A DNA stretch of 64,000 bases from Phallusia mammillata (lineage: Eukaryota): positions 15,004,001 to 15,068,000 of the forward strand of contig OZ281501.1 in the NCBI GenBank assembly GCA_965637545.1, in the 5' to 3' direction. Positions 39,020-53,028 of the stretch are shown piece after piece. How positions within the stretch are numbered: position 1 is the first letter of the stretch; each line of letters opens with the position of its first letter. The notes under the pieces were generated by a model, which was not told where the DNA came from, searched no databases, and was given only the letters and a program-made list of their open reading frames with translations. Both the position numbers and the translations under genes were made by a program.

Positions 39020-42000
39020 ATGCCCGCGGCTAGTATGGAAGTGAGTAACTCCACTGCAGATCCAACTGATTCCAACTCCCCACCACAGCTGGACACGTCA
39101 TCAGGCAATGACGTGGACGCATGGAAAGGCGAAGTGACGTCCCCGCGACGTAATGATACCCGAAATGACGAAAGTAAGCTGATATGTTTTGTTTTGTCTA
39201 AATTTTGACGCTCTTCATTGATCCGTTTTGTTGTCATTAGTTAGCTTAGAGTTTGTATCAAGGCGGTGCTAACCAACATAAGTGGTGGGTTAAACCGATG
39301 CAACCAAAAGTAATGTCCAACATGTTCTCTCTAAGTCCTTATCTAATGCGACGTTATGATAGTATGGCGCAATGAGAATGTGGCAAAAGATCATTGACCA
39401 CTTAATCGTTAAGTTTTCTTGTATGAGATTCACAATTATCGTCGGTGTTAAACTTCAACAACGTTATTACTTTGCACCAACGTTGTTTAAACAATTTTTT
39501 TAACAACTTGACGCATTTGAACAACCCGATGTACTATTAAATCAAAAGTATTGTGTTAAAACTCCCAGGTATTTTTTTTAAATTAATACACAGTTACATA
39601 CAGTCGTACGATTTACTCGTGCTAGAGTTCAAATCAGTTCAAATAGTTCCACGTTTAACCGACCGCCAAAAACGATGTAAAAAATATCAAACCAAGTTCC
39701 CAGTGAACTGCAGTGTACTTTGTTCGCAAGGTCACTTGGTGGGAAACAGGCGTATTTTATGCATTGATCGATTATTCCCGCTTGCAAGGTGGGAAGTTCG
39801 ATGCCCGCCGATTCATCAAACTTGTTTTCTGTGTATTGGATTAACAAAGATCAGAAACAGATAAAAGGTCGCGAATTTTGGAATCGAGGCCAATCCAAAT
39901 GCCACTAAAAAGCAACGATTGTTCAATTCGACCTTTTACACCACAAACAATGGACCTTTTTCAAATTGTTGTAACTTGGTCCAAAAGGTTGTGGCTGAAT
40001 TTCGCACCAAAAACACCACAAGCATAAAAAACACTCAAACTTGTTGAGAATATTGCTGGCACATATGGCTTTTGTTTTACGTTTCGGCAATTGGGTTATT
40101 GTCAGTAGCCTATAGGCCGAAACGTTTGATAAGACAAACAAGTTTAAAGTATCAGTCTAGTTATCACCAAAGTCTGTAAATAGTGTTTCTGAAACATGCA
40201 TACTTCAATAACTACTTTGATTGTTTGTCACTCAGTTGAAAAGTTACCAATAAAACAACCTCAACTCCTCAAATTTGCTTTGGGGTTGGGCCAAACCACT
40301 CCTGTGTGGCCAAACATCGTATTAAAACTTAACATTGGTTACTTTTTGACAGGCGACGAAGCAAATGAAAACAAATTGGAACAATCAGCTTCTTCACCAG
40401 AGCAGTCAGACCTCTTAGGAACTTCCCGATTCACCCAATCACCCACTAGGGGCTCGCCGAGCCAACCCGCTCGCCCCCTGCTGGTGGCCAGCCCCTCCCA
40501 GTTGTCAGCAGGTGAGTCGGGCAGCGCGAATTTTTAATGTAAACAGGAAAAAGTGGGGGAGCAAAGTCCGTGATCAACAAAGGCTTGTCTATACATATTG
40601 GGAAGTTGTTACTGGGATTAAGACAAACTTCCGTAATTCTGATGAACCGCTGTGACGTCATGGCCTTTCCTCCCAGACCCACGAAACAGCTCCTCTGTGG
40701 TTCACGTGACGTACGCCCTTGAACTCGAAATTACGAAGCGGATTTTACACTGTGTAATATGGGATTTGGAAAATTCCATAAGAAACGCTCACATTTGTTT
40801 GTAATTCGCGCTGTCATTTTCCCGAATTAAATATGATAAAAAGCGTCACAACCTAAAAAAATTAATGCTCAGAAAAATGTAGCCACGTCATGCTTATCAG
40901 CTCAGACAAACACATTAACGATTTCTTACCTGTGTCAGTTTAGAGTGGGATAAAAGGTACAAAAAAACTTCCTATTAAATGAGTAAAAAATTACATAAAC
41001 AACAACACTTGCAGTATTGCTTCCATGTGTTGATATTGTTTACCGTATTGCTCCCACGTATTTCATCTAGCAGTGGCGAAAAGGTGTCAAAAGGCCAAAT
41101 TTGGGACAAGGGTATTGAGAATTGGGTCGTATTTAGAGGTGACTCACGGCAAATCGTCTGTCTCGAGGTGGATACGGTTTACGTCAAGGTATTCGCTCTT
41201 CGCGTATCGATTCTCCTTTAAGCAATCGTTGTTTGCGTACTCGATATGAAAGTAAAATTATTACGAATTATTTTAAAACCGTTAGCTGACGCAGTAAGTT
41301 TAATAATACCATGTTTACAATTGTTCTTGCAATCCCGTTTTGTACAATATGAAGTCTTATTAGGAAAGCATTACTTCTCTATGTAATGTGAAATTGGAAA
41401 ACAATTTATCGACGCAGAATGCTTTTTTCAATGGCTGACCTAAATTTTAACACTTTTCAAAAACATATTCAGTGGTGCAGAATATTCGGTACTTTGAGAA
41501 AAAAAATACTTTATTTTATGGTTCACTTAAAGTAAAAGTCTAAAAGTAATGGTCTATCTGAACGCAGGAAATTTCAGAGTTTATTTCAACCACACCTGAA
41601 AAATATTTTTTAGCCATTAAATTTGTAAGCGTGATAAGAAAAAAGTCGACTTTAGCTTTTGTACAATTTCTTCAAGCATTCGTTATAATTATTGATGTTC
41701 CTATGTTCACTTGTTGGCAACGGGATACATTTATCATTTACGGACATTTATAAAGTGTTTCGACTTTACTTCAAAACTGTTAAACAGCTAGTGCTAGACG
41801 TTGACTCAAGCCGTCGGGGTGTTTACGTTTAAACTCTGAATAATTGGAAGGCTTCCTCTCCGTCGCACTGCCTTGATTGATATGAGCCCGGGCCATCAGG
41901 GGCGTCAGCACAGTTTCTGGAAGCTTGCAGGAATGTTTATGTTTCAGGGGCTAACGTACGGGAAATCATCACCGATGCTGATAACACTGTGTAGATAGGG

Positions 42001-45000
42001 TCCAGCGGGAATATTATGCGACTTTTTATATTTGTAATGGTTTTGCTTGCGTTTGTGGTGCGGTATGCCAATGTGTTGTTGTTAAATGCAATTGATAATA
42101 TTTCGGTACAGTTTTGTAATGAACTAATATATATATTTGGCTATATCTTTGACGTCGAAAATGATTTGAATACCGCCTTATGCATGTGTGACCGTTTCTT
42201 GTTGGGGATGAAACCGCAGTTGTTTCAGGATAAAGATACAGTTTAAATTTAATGTTCAACTAAAGTTTATTGTTACAAAATACGAAGCGAATGAAAATAA
42301 CTGCATTAAAATAAGCTGTTTTCATAAACACACGGTAAAACAAAATGCACTGTTGTATGGAGTGATTGTGCATTTTGAGCAACCATTTGGCATCTTTAAA
42401 CACTGGTGGCAAAAAATGGCAAAAATGCCCTGCGGATAAATTGCCACCATGACTAACCCAGCTGGCGCAATTTTAAATCAAAACATTTTCCATTTTAATA
42501 ATCGGAGTCCAACGCACCTACAAACAATAGATGGACTCATGAAGTGATTCACATTTCCATCTATTATGTCCCACGCATTGTTTTCACACAGCTGTGAATA
42601 TTATTTGTCCAAACTCGATAAAGTTGCCATGATATTACGTGGAAACCAAATCTATGTGCTGGGATGATGATATGACTGTGGTATGTTCGTGGTGTTGTGA
42701 AAAATGTAATATTGCTGTCTGTAGAATATGGGATCTTTTAATTCTACCGTTCCCGCGTGAGGTTTGTTATAACTACTTTCTCAGTTGTGTAGGGTATGAG
42801 CTTTTTATCAAAAGTTTATGAAATTGCACTCATTCCATAATGCATACCACAAAACGTTGTAAAAATACACTTGGGTAACTTTTAATAACAAGTGGTTACT
42901 ATTATGGTGCTAAAAAAATCAATGGTGAAACTTCCGCAACAGTTACAAAAAAGCAAGTGAAACTAAATCAATTATTTGAAACATGCTTTGAGAAAGCATT
43001 CATATACATTCAACTTATGCGGATTAAGCTTAATTCCTATTTTACGCGGCGAATTCCATACTGTGTTGCGATCCAACAACTGCGCAGCAACCTCGAATTA
43101 AAAGTTCAAAGGTCAAGGGTCGCCGCGGTCGATTGTTCTGGACCAAGTTCATCTTTTGATCTCTCTTATGATTGGTAGGTTCAGCGAACAGCACAAGCAC
43201 TTCGGAGTCCAAATCCCAAGCGCGCAACTTAAACCTCATCACTTGCGAGGAATGCGGATTGATTTGCGCCGGACAGAGTCACTACCAAGTTCACATTAGG
43301 TCGCACACTGGTAAGAATAAAGTGTCAATAAGTTCGCTAGCAGGGGTGAACTTTTTCAACATATTGTAAATATCCAATTTTAGGGCAAAAATTGCATCAA
43401 GTTTCAAAACGTCCATTTGGAACTTTAACAATTTTGAAGATAATGTATTTTTAATGATAGAAATTAATTTAAAGTAATCTCTTTTTTAAATTTTAAATTT
43501 CAAACCTCATGGAAGCATCCAGATACCACGATAAGAATCTGATCATTTTCCCAAATTTGTAAAAAAATAGGGTCGTTTGTTTGGTATTTTAATGATAATA
43601 CATAACGTTTAAATATCTCCGAATATTTACAACTTCGTCGTTTATAACAAAGAACCATAAATGTACAAATAGGTTTTGGTGTATTTTACTCAACCGCGTT
43701 GTTATTGTACCACATGAGCAGTCATTGTTTTCTTGTTAATGAAGTCTTCTTGCATATGGCTAGTTACTAATAGCATCGGTGCAAATTTATTAGCTTTTTG
43801 GACGTTCAACCTTTATTAGACTTACGTGTTTCAGGAGAGCGCCCTTTCAAGTGCAACATATGCGGGGTAGCGTTCACACAGAAAGGAAATCTACGGCGTC
43901 ATTACAAGATTCATTCGGAGGAGAAACCTTACCAGTGTCCTGTGTGCTCGTACAGATGTCGAAGACGGGATGCATTAAATGGACACATGAGAATACATTC
44001 AGGTGATGCCCTAAACTTATTTGTGCATTTTTTTGGAAACAGCCAAACAGTAAGGTCCTAGATCTAATGGTTTCGGTTGGCCCAAAGAAAGAAACAGTTG
44101 CAATGACTTATTGGACTAAGACGCTTATGGGCTACATTCGAAAATCCTGCTCGGAATTAGTACTCAGCAGCGCACCGGGTTCAAAGAATAAAACTTAATT
44201 CCACGTACTGGTGTGGCAATGAGTGTTTAAGTCTCTAAAAAAATAAACGGAATTAAAGCTACTACTTGTAAGTCTTAGGAAAGTGTTATAATTACCGCAG
44301 AAACTGTAGTAAACTTAAAAACAACAACATGCCATTTGAGTTTTAGAATTATGGGTAACACACAAGTGACATTAAGTCATTGTTTAACGGAGATTTTTAC
44401 TTGCATATTTATGACAACAATCAATGTATTGTAATAGCTGAGTCTAAATTTTATTTGTTTTTCATAATGTTCATTTTACTCCAGTCAGTACGATATGTTG
44501 TTATTGTTTTGATTTAGATGTGCGTCCCTACCGATGTGTCTACTGCGCACGAAGCTACAAATCAAGACAGTCACTTAAAGAGCACGAATACCAATGTCCC
44601 TACAAGAACGACCCAGTGGCTCAAGGTGAGTTTTTGTTTCATATTCAACAAACATTTTTGCCAACCTTTCATTAAGTATATTTCGGGAGAAATTAAATTT
44701 GGTTTTTGTTAATTTATTTGCTCTGGTAATTTCAATATTTGCTCAGCATTGTTTTTTTTTCGTATATGTGCTTGTCTGTATCTTTTTCAACTTTGTCATT
44801 TTTGTTTCCTAGTTTTCGCTCTTTTTTCATTTGGTTGTGAGCAGAAAATTGCAAGCACCTTTCACGGCGAATTGAAATCCCAAGCCCTTTAAATATCCTT
44901 TTGAAAACCACAACCAACTTGAACATTTTTGTTTCCGGCGATTTAGGCATCATCGTGCATAATAAGCGCCTAAAAGTTAGAAAAACCTAATTTCCGCATT

Positions 45001-48000
45001 CCAAACGAGACAGGTGGTTGGAATTGAAACCACGGCATTTGGAAAATATAATTAGTGGTTAAGCGATTACACGGTGAGCAGTTTGTACACGCAAGCTTGT
45101 GACAAGTGATTTTTGGACAAAAGCAAATTGGTTAACACTTTATCAGCTCGCATTACTAATACAAACGAAGTTTAAACATAATGAAAATGAAACGTTTTTA
45201 CACATGGTAATCGTTTCAATGAAAAATGGCGTTATTAATGTTATATGTTACTTGACTTGAAAAAAAAAAAATAATAATAATAAAGCAGTGCTTTGGTCTT
45301 GAATTTGGTCAACAAACAGTGTTCTAAAAAAGATATCAGTCTCTTGTTGAAATTAAATTGATTTTGTTATTTTATTTTCGACCAGTTGCAAAATTAAACA
45401 TAATTTTAAAAAGCTTTAGAACGTATATTAATATTGCAAAGCAAGGTCGACTGATTTTGCATGTGTCAGTTTAAAATAAACTTATAAAGCAAAGGGCAAC
45501 TAAAACTTGGCACATAGCATTCTCCAAGTCAAGCAGTAAGATATGGGCTTGAAAATGTTTAAAAGTTGCATAATCGGTTGATCTATATTTATCATCGCTA
45601 AACCAAAATAAACTGATGCCAAACAAAGCAGGTTTTGGTGCTTAGTAGGCACGCCCAGCATATCGCACACCTAAGGGAAAAGAAGGTGCCTGTAATGCGC
45701 TGAATTCAATTCTGGCTGCTGTCGACCATTAATTCTTATGTGTCATATAAAAACTCCCAAACTCTATTGGTTGTGGCAGCTTGGATCATTAGTTTTTATG
45801 GCAGAGCCTAATGGCTTCCTGTCATGCTCGGTTATTTTGATGTGTTGTTTCCATTTGGCGCTGATTTACGTTTAATTGGGCTTTTTGCCAAGCCCATTAA
45901 ATCACTTAGATACTCTAATTTACCTTTTAACCCCGCGGTTTGCAAAACAACAACTTTTACTAAACACGGTTATTCCGTTTTTTTTTGCATATTGCCATTC
46001 AGCATGAAATGAAATGGTATGAAATGAAATGTTTTAGTATTGAAGGTTCTGGTATCATGCTTAAAAACTATCTTGGAAAGACAAAAATGCCAGAGAGTAT
46101 GTATACAGTAAACAAATATTTAGAAGCCTTCATATCACACATGTAGGCAATTTCTGGTAGGAAATAATCCACGTAGCAGCGTCTGCAATTAAACGTATCG
46201 ACCATATACAATTCCTCTGTCTGTTATGTTTTCATAAAGTTCCGCATCCAATTCTAATACGAATGTATTCCATCTGTTTCACAAGTCCGAGAGCGTAATT
46301 TTGACAACAAACAGGTTTTGCTGCTTTAGGCAACTGGTAACAGCTGTTAACGATTTAAAGTGTGCGTGCATTCATTTAATGGTTCATGTTTTTGTTTTCC
46401 CTTACAGGACAACAAGGAAACGCTGGTTCTCCTGCAAAAACAAACATATCCGAGAAGCAAACAAACAAATTATCTCCGATTCAATCATCTTTTACCCAAG
46501 CACAAGCTCTACAACGGATCCTTCCGTCCTCCGTAATCCCATCAGTGTTACAAAACCAACAGCTTCTAGGCCTAAACAATGCCACCAACTCGCTTATGCA
46601 AACATCAGGATCAGCGACAAGCAGCAGCGGGAAACGGAAGGCGTCGAACCCGCAAAAATTTACAAGATTTAGTAAAGCTACTTCGAGTTCACTTGTCGAA
46701 GCACCAAAGACCTCGTCGTTTATGAATAACTCAGTGGCGAATGCTTTGCAGTTTATGCCGTCTTTGCTGAACACGATGATGCAACAAAGACAGTTGCAGG
46801 AAAATTTAGCAAGACAAGAACCGGAGGTATGTGAGTTTTGGCCTAATTTTTCGTTTTTCCTTGCAGTTAATGTTCTGTAAACATTGACCTTACCAGCTGA
46901 CATGTTTTGTACAAGTTTCATATTACAACTGATTTTGTGTTGGGATACAGGGGTAGTTTTTTTTAATATCAAGCATGACATAATAAGCGTGTCAACATAC
47001 AGTAGTATTCTGTTGTATTCTAGTATTCTGTAACAAATAAATACAGTTCAGTGAAGAGTATCCGGAGCTTATATAAGAGCAAACACTTCAAAAACTTTGT
47101 CAAACGTTGCGAATGTATCCCATTGCGGTTTAGGACCAAAATAAATCCTAATCTCGGCTCATACTTGCTACTCTTTGTTTGTCGTTCTGCATGGAACTTT
47201 TTAATTGGCCAATAAATCATTAAACCATTGCTTAGAACCTGCATGCGTTAACCATCGGAAACACCTTTGCAGTTCAGCATTGCTAGGTCATAAAATTTCA
47301 TAGTTTTTTTTACAATATCGCAACTTTTTTCAGGAGAGAATGTCGCCACAACAAGACGTAGCCATCGACTTTTCGGCAAAACGACCTTTTATCCATGGTA
47401 AGAACTTAAACTTTTGTCTCCGATATTGCTAGATTGCACGTCTTTGTGTTGTTCTGTAGGTTTCCAAAAGCCTAGAACAGCAAATTCCTTGCGCATGCAT
47501 TTATGTTTCGCTTGACCATTGACCTTTCGTTTGCTTGTGCCTTAACGCAGCCCCCGCCAGCAGTGAAACGGAACGAATCTCTTACGCCACCAAGCGGCCG
47601 AGAATCGACGGTGAGTTTGTTCTGGCGACCACCAGTGATTCTGGAGATCAAGAAAACGGGAGAATTAGCCCCAGTGAAGTCGCCAAGAGCGCTTTTACAG
47701 CTTACACATCTGCCGAAGGTTTATTTTGAAATTTGAGTTCGATTTTTGCTATTTAGTTTGTTTAGTTATTAACTATTGGGTGTGTTTATTTTGTATTTAT
47801 CTCTGACGAGGAATGCACAACGTGTAGCCTGCATGTGACCAGTTAATTAACGCACAAGATTACCTTTTTATGCGTTTTTTTTTGCTATATTCTAAACATG
47901 TTCTCATTTCATTTTTAAAAATATGATCCTTTCTTTGAAAAACCTTCACGGGAATGTATTTATAACCGTTAAAACTCTGTATTTCCAGATGTAGGCAGCT

Positions 48001-49009
48001 ACCTCAGCAGCATGTACGCCAATACCGAAGCCAATGGTCAACAGAACTTCAATAACGAGAAACTTTCTGGCAGCGCCCGTAGAAAGAGGCCAAGATATAT
48101 GAATGAACGCGTTCTTGATGCTCGGGAATCCCCCAACCCTATTGATTCGAAACCATTGGAGGTATGAAGTGTATGCGTAAGGTGGCGATAAAGGGCTGGG
48201 ATTGACTGGGGTAGATTTGAAGTTAATATGAGTCTTAACTTGGAAAAATCATAAAAAAATGTTGACATACAATTCTTTGTGAATCTTTGACATACAATTC
48301 TTTGTAAAAATTCTTTGTGAAAAATGTTTTTTTTTAACTTGTGGATGTCATTGAACCATTTTTTATCTTTTAGATTGACACTGAGAATGGATATTACAAC
48401 TCCAAGTCTTCTCCCGAGAGATCTCAACATTTGACGCCTAAATTGTCTCGCTACGTCAGGAGTCCTGGTGCTACGTCACTGGACCTGTCAAACGAGCGCG
48501 CGTTGAAGCGTGAAGACGCCGCTGTGAAAGACGACGAGCAGAACGTGCGGTTACTAGGCAACCTGCAGTCGGGCGATGCTTCCCGCTCCGGAATTCGCCT
48601 CTTCCTGACAACGGAAGCGCATGGCGACATCCAGGAGTTGAAAGCTTTCGTCTGTTCCCACTGTCATTGCCTATTCCTTGATCACGTGATGTTCGCCCTC
48701 CACGCCGGTTGCCATGGTTTCCACGACCCACTCGAGTGTAACGTATGTGGTTACCGGGCAACCGACCGTTATCAGTTTCAGTCGCATTTGACTCGCGGGG
48801 AGCATCTAGTGGTGGGAATGAGCACCGGCAGCACCGAGTCCGACGATCCCGACGCAGCTCTTTCTTCCAAGATGAGCGACGGCGGCGACAAGGTCGATAC
48901 AAGGTCATTGAGTCGTGCCGATGACGCACCTGTCGCCTTGACAACCATGTCAAAATCGGAAAGCCCGCTGATGCACCGTTTTCCAACCAAGGCCATTGTG
49001 AGGTATTAA
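39020..49009 (+). CDS. IKZF1: Ikaros-family C2H2 zinc-finger transcription factor (about 690-726 aa); likely pro-orthologue of vertebrate IKZF1-4
   Basis: Exons 39020-39173, 40353-40511, 43179-43310 (ZF1 [21 protein letters not shown]), 43835-44002 (ZF2-3 [23 protein letters not shown]...[10 protein letters not shown]), 44518-44625 (C2HC ZF4 ...EHEYQC), 46408-46826, 47334-47397, 47551-47610 or 47551-47718, 47989-48161, 48374-49009 (dimerisation fingers [51 protein letters not shown]). All junctions are in phase. Confidence 0.93.
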
Positions 49010-51653
49010 TGCACTAGCATTTTGCTACGTCATATTGACGTCACTTTTAGTATAGTGACGTCAAACGAAGCTGCATTGATCCAGATCATGCACTTCGATA
49101 CGCAATTTTTGTCGGTACATTTCCATTTATAAGTTGCACATAAACTTTATTCCAAGCTGTTCTATTCATAATAGTACGTTCTTAATCGTTGGTACATTGC
49201 ACCTTAGTCTAATTTACGCCACTTTACGCTATCGGTAGATGGCGCTGAGCTTCGTCCAAGTGGGCGCCTTCCTGTTTTTGTCAGTTGTATTTGTTTATTA
49301 ACATGCTACTCCAGACAGTGCTTTTTAATTGGGCGATTCCCCATTGACATTTTGCGACTTATTTTATGCTAAACTCTGCTGCCTACCCCGTACGTCTTTT
49401 GTAATTATCGCGCGTAAATTTTTGCTTATGTAGAGTGATGTTCGCACAATGTTCTACCTCCGTGCACTTACTAGGTCTTGTAGTTCCCCGCACCTAATAA
49501 GTGTTTATCAGAATCTCGTTTCAAACATGAATAATGTGATGCTTTCAGAATATTTTCTCGGTCTTTGTTGAAACAGATACGTAATTTTTTTACCGACTTG
49601 TTGCAACAAGACAATGTATTTTGTTGGTACAAGGATTTTTAAGTTTTAACATGATGATTACAATTATAGAAATAGGGTAATGTTATATTTGCTTAAATTT
49701 TATAAATTGCTGCGCATAATGAATGTTTTTCCATGAAAAGTGGGTTACAAAATCGAATTTTATCAAGCTTACCACGCGGTGTGCTAATAACTGTTTTTAC
49801 CTAGTACTCACAACATTTAACCTATTGACACTTTATTGTTTACCTTGATCTTGCGAAAGCATCTATTTCAAACTTTCTCACGCCACCAGTGGTTGCCGTA
49901 TCAGTGGCTGTGCAAGTTTAAATCAAGTTGCGTTGGACGCGAAGTAATTGTTGCCGTATAGATATTAGCCTGCAGTTTCATGAAATTATGCAATTTGGTA
50001 TATGCAACCACGGGACCTCGATTTTTGCTCTTAGTGATCAGCTGTTTGCAATTTAGTCACCCCTTCTTTAATTCACATTCACAATTGCCCTTCCAGTCCA
50101 CATTTGCAACTACTCTTAACGTGTGCATTTTTTCTTAATGTGTGCATTTAATTTTTACTGCACTGAAATATTAGTACACTTGCGACAACTTAAAATCAAC
50201 TGTTTACGCAAAGTTTCACAGAACTTTGTTGCACTGGCAGTGTTTTTCAACTACATATTGCCTGTAAACCCGAAATATACATGTTTATTCCAACTTCCAC
50301 CCATAGTGCTACCTCTAAACCTCCTCCCCACCCTTCCCAATGACCTCAAGTGACCCCTTCGAATCATTGTCACTAAGCTCTTCACTCTGTCTTCAACCTG
50401 CCACAGAAACCGTATTGTTTGAAATTCTAATTTTTTTATTGCTATAACCGCATTTTATTAACACGAATGTACGTTCATACATACATAAATAAGTTATATT
50501 TATATATAATTTTAAATTTCGTGCTTTTTCGTGCATTGTCGCACTTTCTTGTAGCTTTTCATTGTGCACACGCATTTTTGGTGTAACATTTTTGTTCTAT
50601 ACTGCGCAAAGTGCAATTAGCCTTTTTTCCTTAATTATATTTAACACCAAGTTCTTGCCGAGGTAATTAAGACCGCTAAAAACATCTTACCAAAAAAACT
50701 TTTACTTTAGCATTTCTACTTTTGGGGACTTATTGTCGAACAAGATTTTGCAAGGCAGATAAAACGTACTAACACATCTATCAAAAATTTTGCCACTTTA
50801 ACATCGCTTTAACTACCAAGTCCTCATTGCCCTAAAATTCAAAAACAAGCAGCAGCCGTAACAACTTAAAAAACACAATTATGTAATCAAACTCTCATCC
50901 AATCACAATTCGTTTAACTTAAGTCCACTGTCCCGTAACGACTAACTTTACTCATATTAGTTACCTTTTCAACCCTCGAAGTGTTTCCATTTGCAGAATC
51001 AAGCCATTTTCAATCTTGTAGGATTGAATCTTCTTGAGCCATAAAACCGCATTGCAACCTTCTAAAGGGCATTCAATCTTTTTCATTAAGTAAAACGGCT
51101 ATAATTCAAAAATCTCTTTTTCTCTATCATGGTTGTTTACAAAACTATCTACACTAGAGTGTTAAAAACCGTCAAGATAGGCGCTCTGTCGATTATGCTT
51201 TAATTTAACGCTATACCAGTATTACTAATATCATGGATTAAAGACAATTTAATTATCTTTTTTATGAATTGTGTTATTTTCGTTTTTGTGTTGGTGATTC
51301 TTTTTCCTCACAATGATGAAAGTCCTCACAAAACGTGCAGATTGATTTCTGTTGCTATTTGATTTTTGTAAGTGTTATTATATTACAGTGCCTTTGCTTA
51401 ATGTTAAAATGAGTGTTTTCTGTATTAGTATACACATTTGTAAATATTTAGAACAGATGTTTGTAAACCTGAGCAAATTCTTGTAGTTACATGTGCTACG
51501 CAAAAATATCCTTTAACCCACTTTTAAACTTTACCTGACGTCAGTTTTAGCCTACATAACAAAACAAAAAATTTGAGAGGTAACAAATAATGTTGCCGGG
51601 GCAGGGTGGCAGTTTTCCAGCCCAATTCGGCTGGTTTTGGACCTCAAGTTGGG

Positions 51654-51870
51654 TAGAGCTACTAACACTGAGATTTGGCTTAGGCCCGGTCTTGAGAACT
51701 TCTGGTAGGTGGCGCAACAAAGCGTAGGCGTTTATGGTGCTGTTACAGCAATTGGGGATTATGGTAAGAATAATTGCTGAGTCAGCACCATAAACGCCTA
51801 TGCTCTGTTGCGCCACCTACCAGAAGTTCTCAGACATGGCCTAAGCCAAATCTCAGTGTTAGTAGTTCTA
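51654..51870. mobile_element. Foldback element: two arms of about 100 bp around an 18-nt loop
   Basis: 51654-51753 pairs with 51772-51870 (about 8 mismatches, 1 indel); flanked by acctcaagttggg (51641-51653) and acctcaagttgcg (51871-51883). Confidence 0.85.
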
Positions 51871-53028
51871 ACCTCAAGTTGCGGTTGCGTTTTTTAGCCT
51901 GATTGTCAAAAAGGCGTGTTTTCTTATTTTACATGCATTTGGACTTACATGCGCCAATGCAAAGGTTGAATGACGATCACATTGGGCTCGTTTTGGGCTT
52001 TTTACAAGCAGAGTGATGACCCACAAGCCAATCACTCACTGTTTTCTCACCTCAATAAAATAACATGAAATGGAATGTGTAATTGTTGCTTAGCATTGTG
52101 ATGCAGCACATCAATCACGTGATTTTGTTGACAAACCGCGGGATTTTTACCTTAGTGTTTTTCAATCAGAAAAGAATTTTAGGCGAGAATTTTCACTTTA
52201 TTTGTTGAATTTGTACAGAAAGAACTTGAATTCTTTGTTTAATTTTGCGTCGTGTATCTATTTTGTAGCACACAGGAGATAAAAATGTGAACAATTGTTC
52301 TGTAGGTAATATTATCCCAGGCGTAAGTTTTCATTTTACACGAGTGCATCTTTTGTTTTCTTTGTTACCCGGGCTTGTTTTCCACGCCCTTCAATCGGAA
52401 AAGGTGGAGAAGGTAAGGTCAAAATAAATCCAAACATTATAGGTCAACTTATTTTGTCACTTAAAAAAAAGTTACGACTTGCAAGCAGTTTTTTCAGACA
52501 TACAGTTATTTATTCTTTCATAAATAAACTCTGCTAAAAGTTACAGTAACAGTGTACACAATGTTCAGTAACACACAAAAAAATAACATTTTGAAGATAA
52601 AACAAAAATTTCCTTTCTCTTCACAGCATGCCAACACAAATCAACATTTTCCATTAAAACTTTTTAAAAGTTTCTTCTCTGTTAATCTCACAGTATTAGA
52701 AATTGAGGTGTTTAATGGATAGGCAGCTAAATCAATAGACTACACTTAAATAATGCTGACATGTTTTGAAACTTTGGTATATGTTAAAATTAGTTCGCTG
52801 TAAATTACTTTTTTTTCTGATGTTAAATATGCATTTGAATGGTAAAAAGGTATCCTCTTGTAGTGAACTTATACAATGTGATGAAAACTGCCACTTGGGA
52901 CCATCTGTAAAAGTCATATAGGGTATTAATATTTCAAATTGATAACTTTTTTACCACATGATAATGTTAAAATCTACTACTTTTAGGTAACTTCCTAACT
53001 CCATGTTAACTTGGACAAGTCAAGAGTG

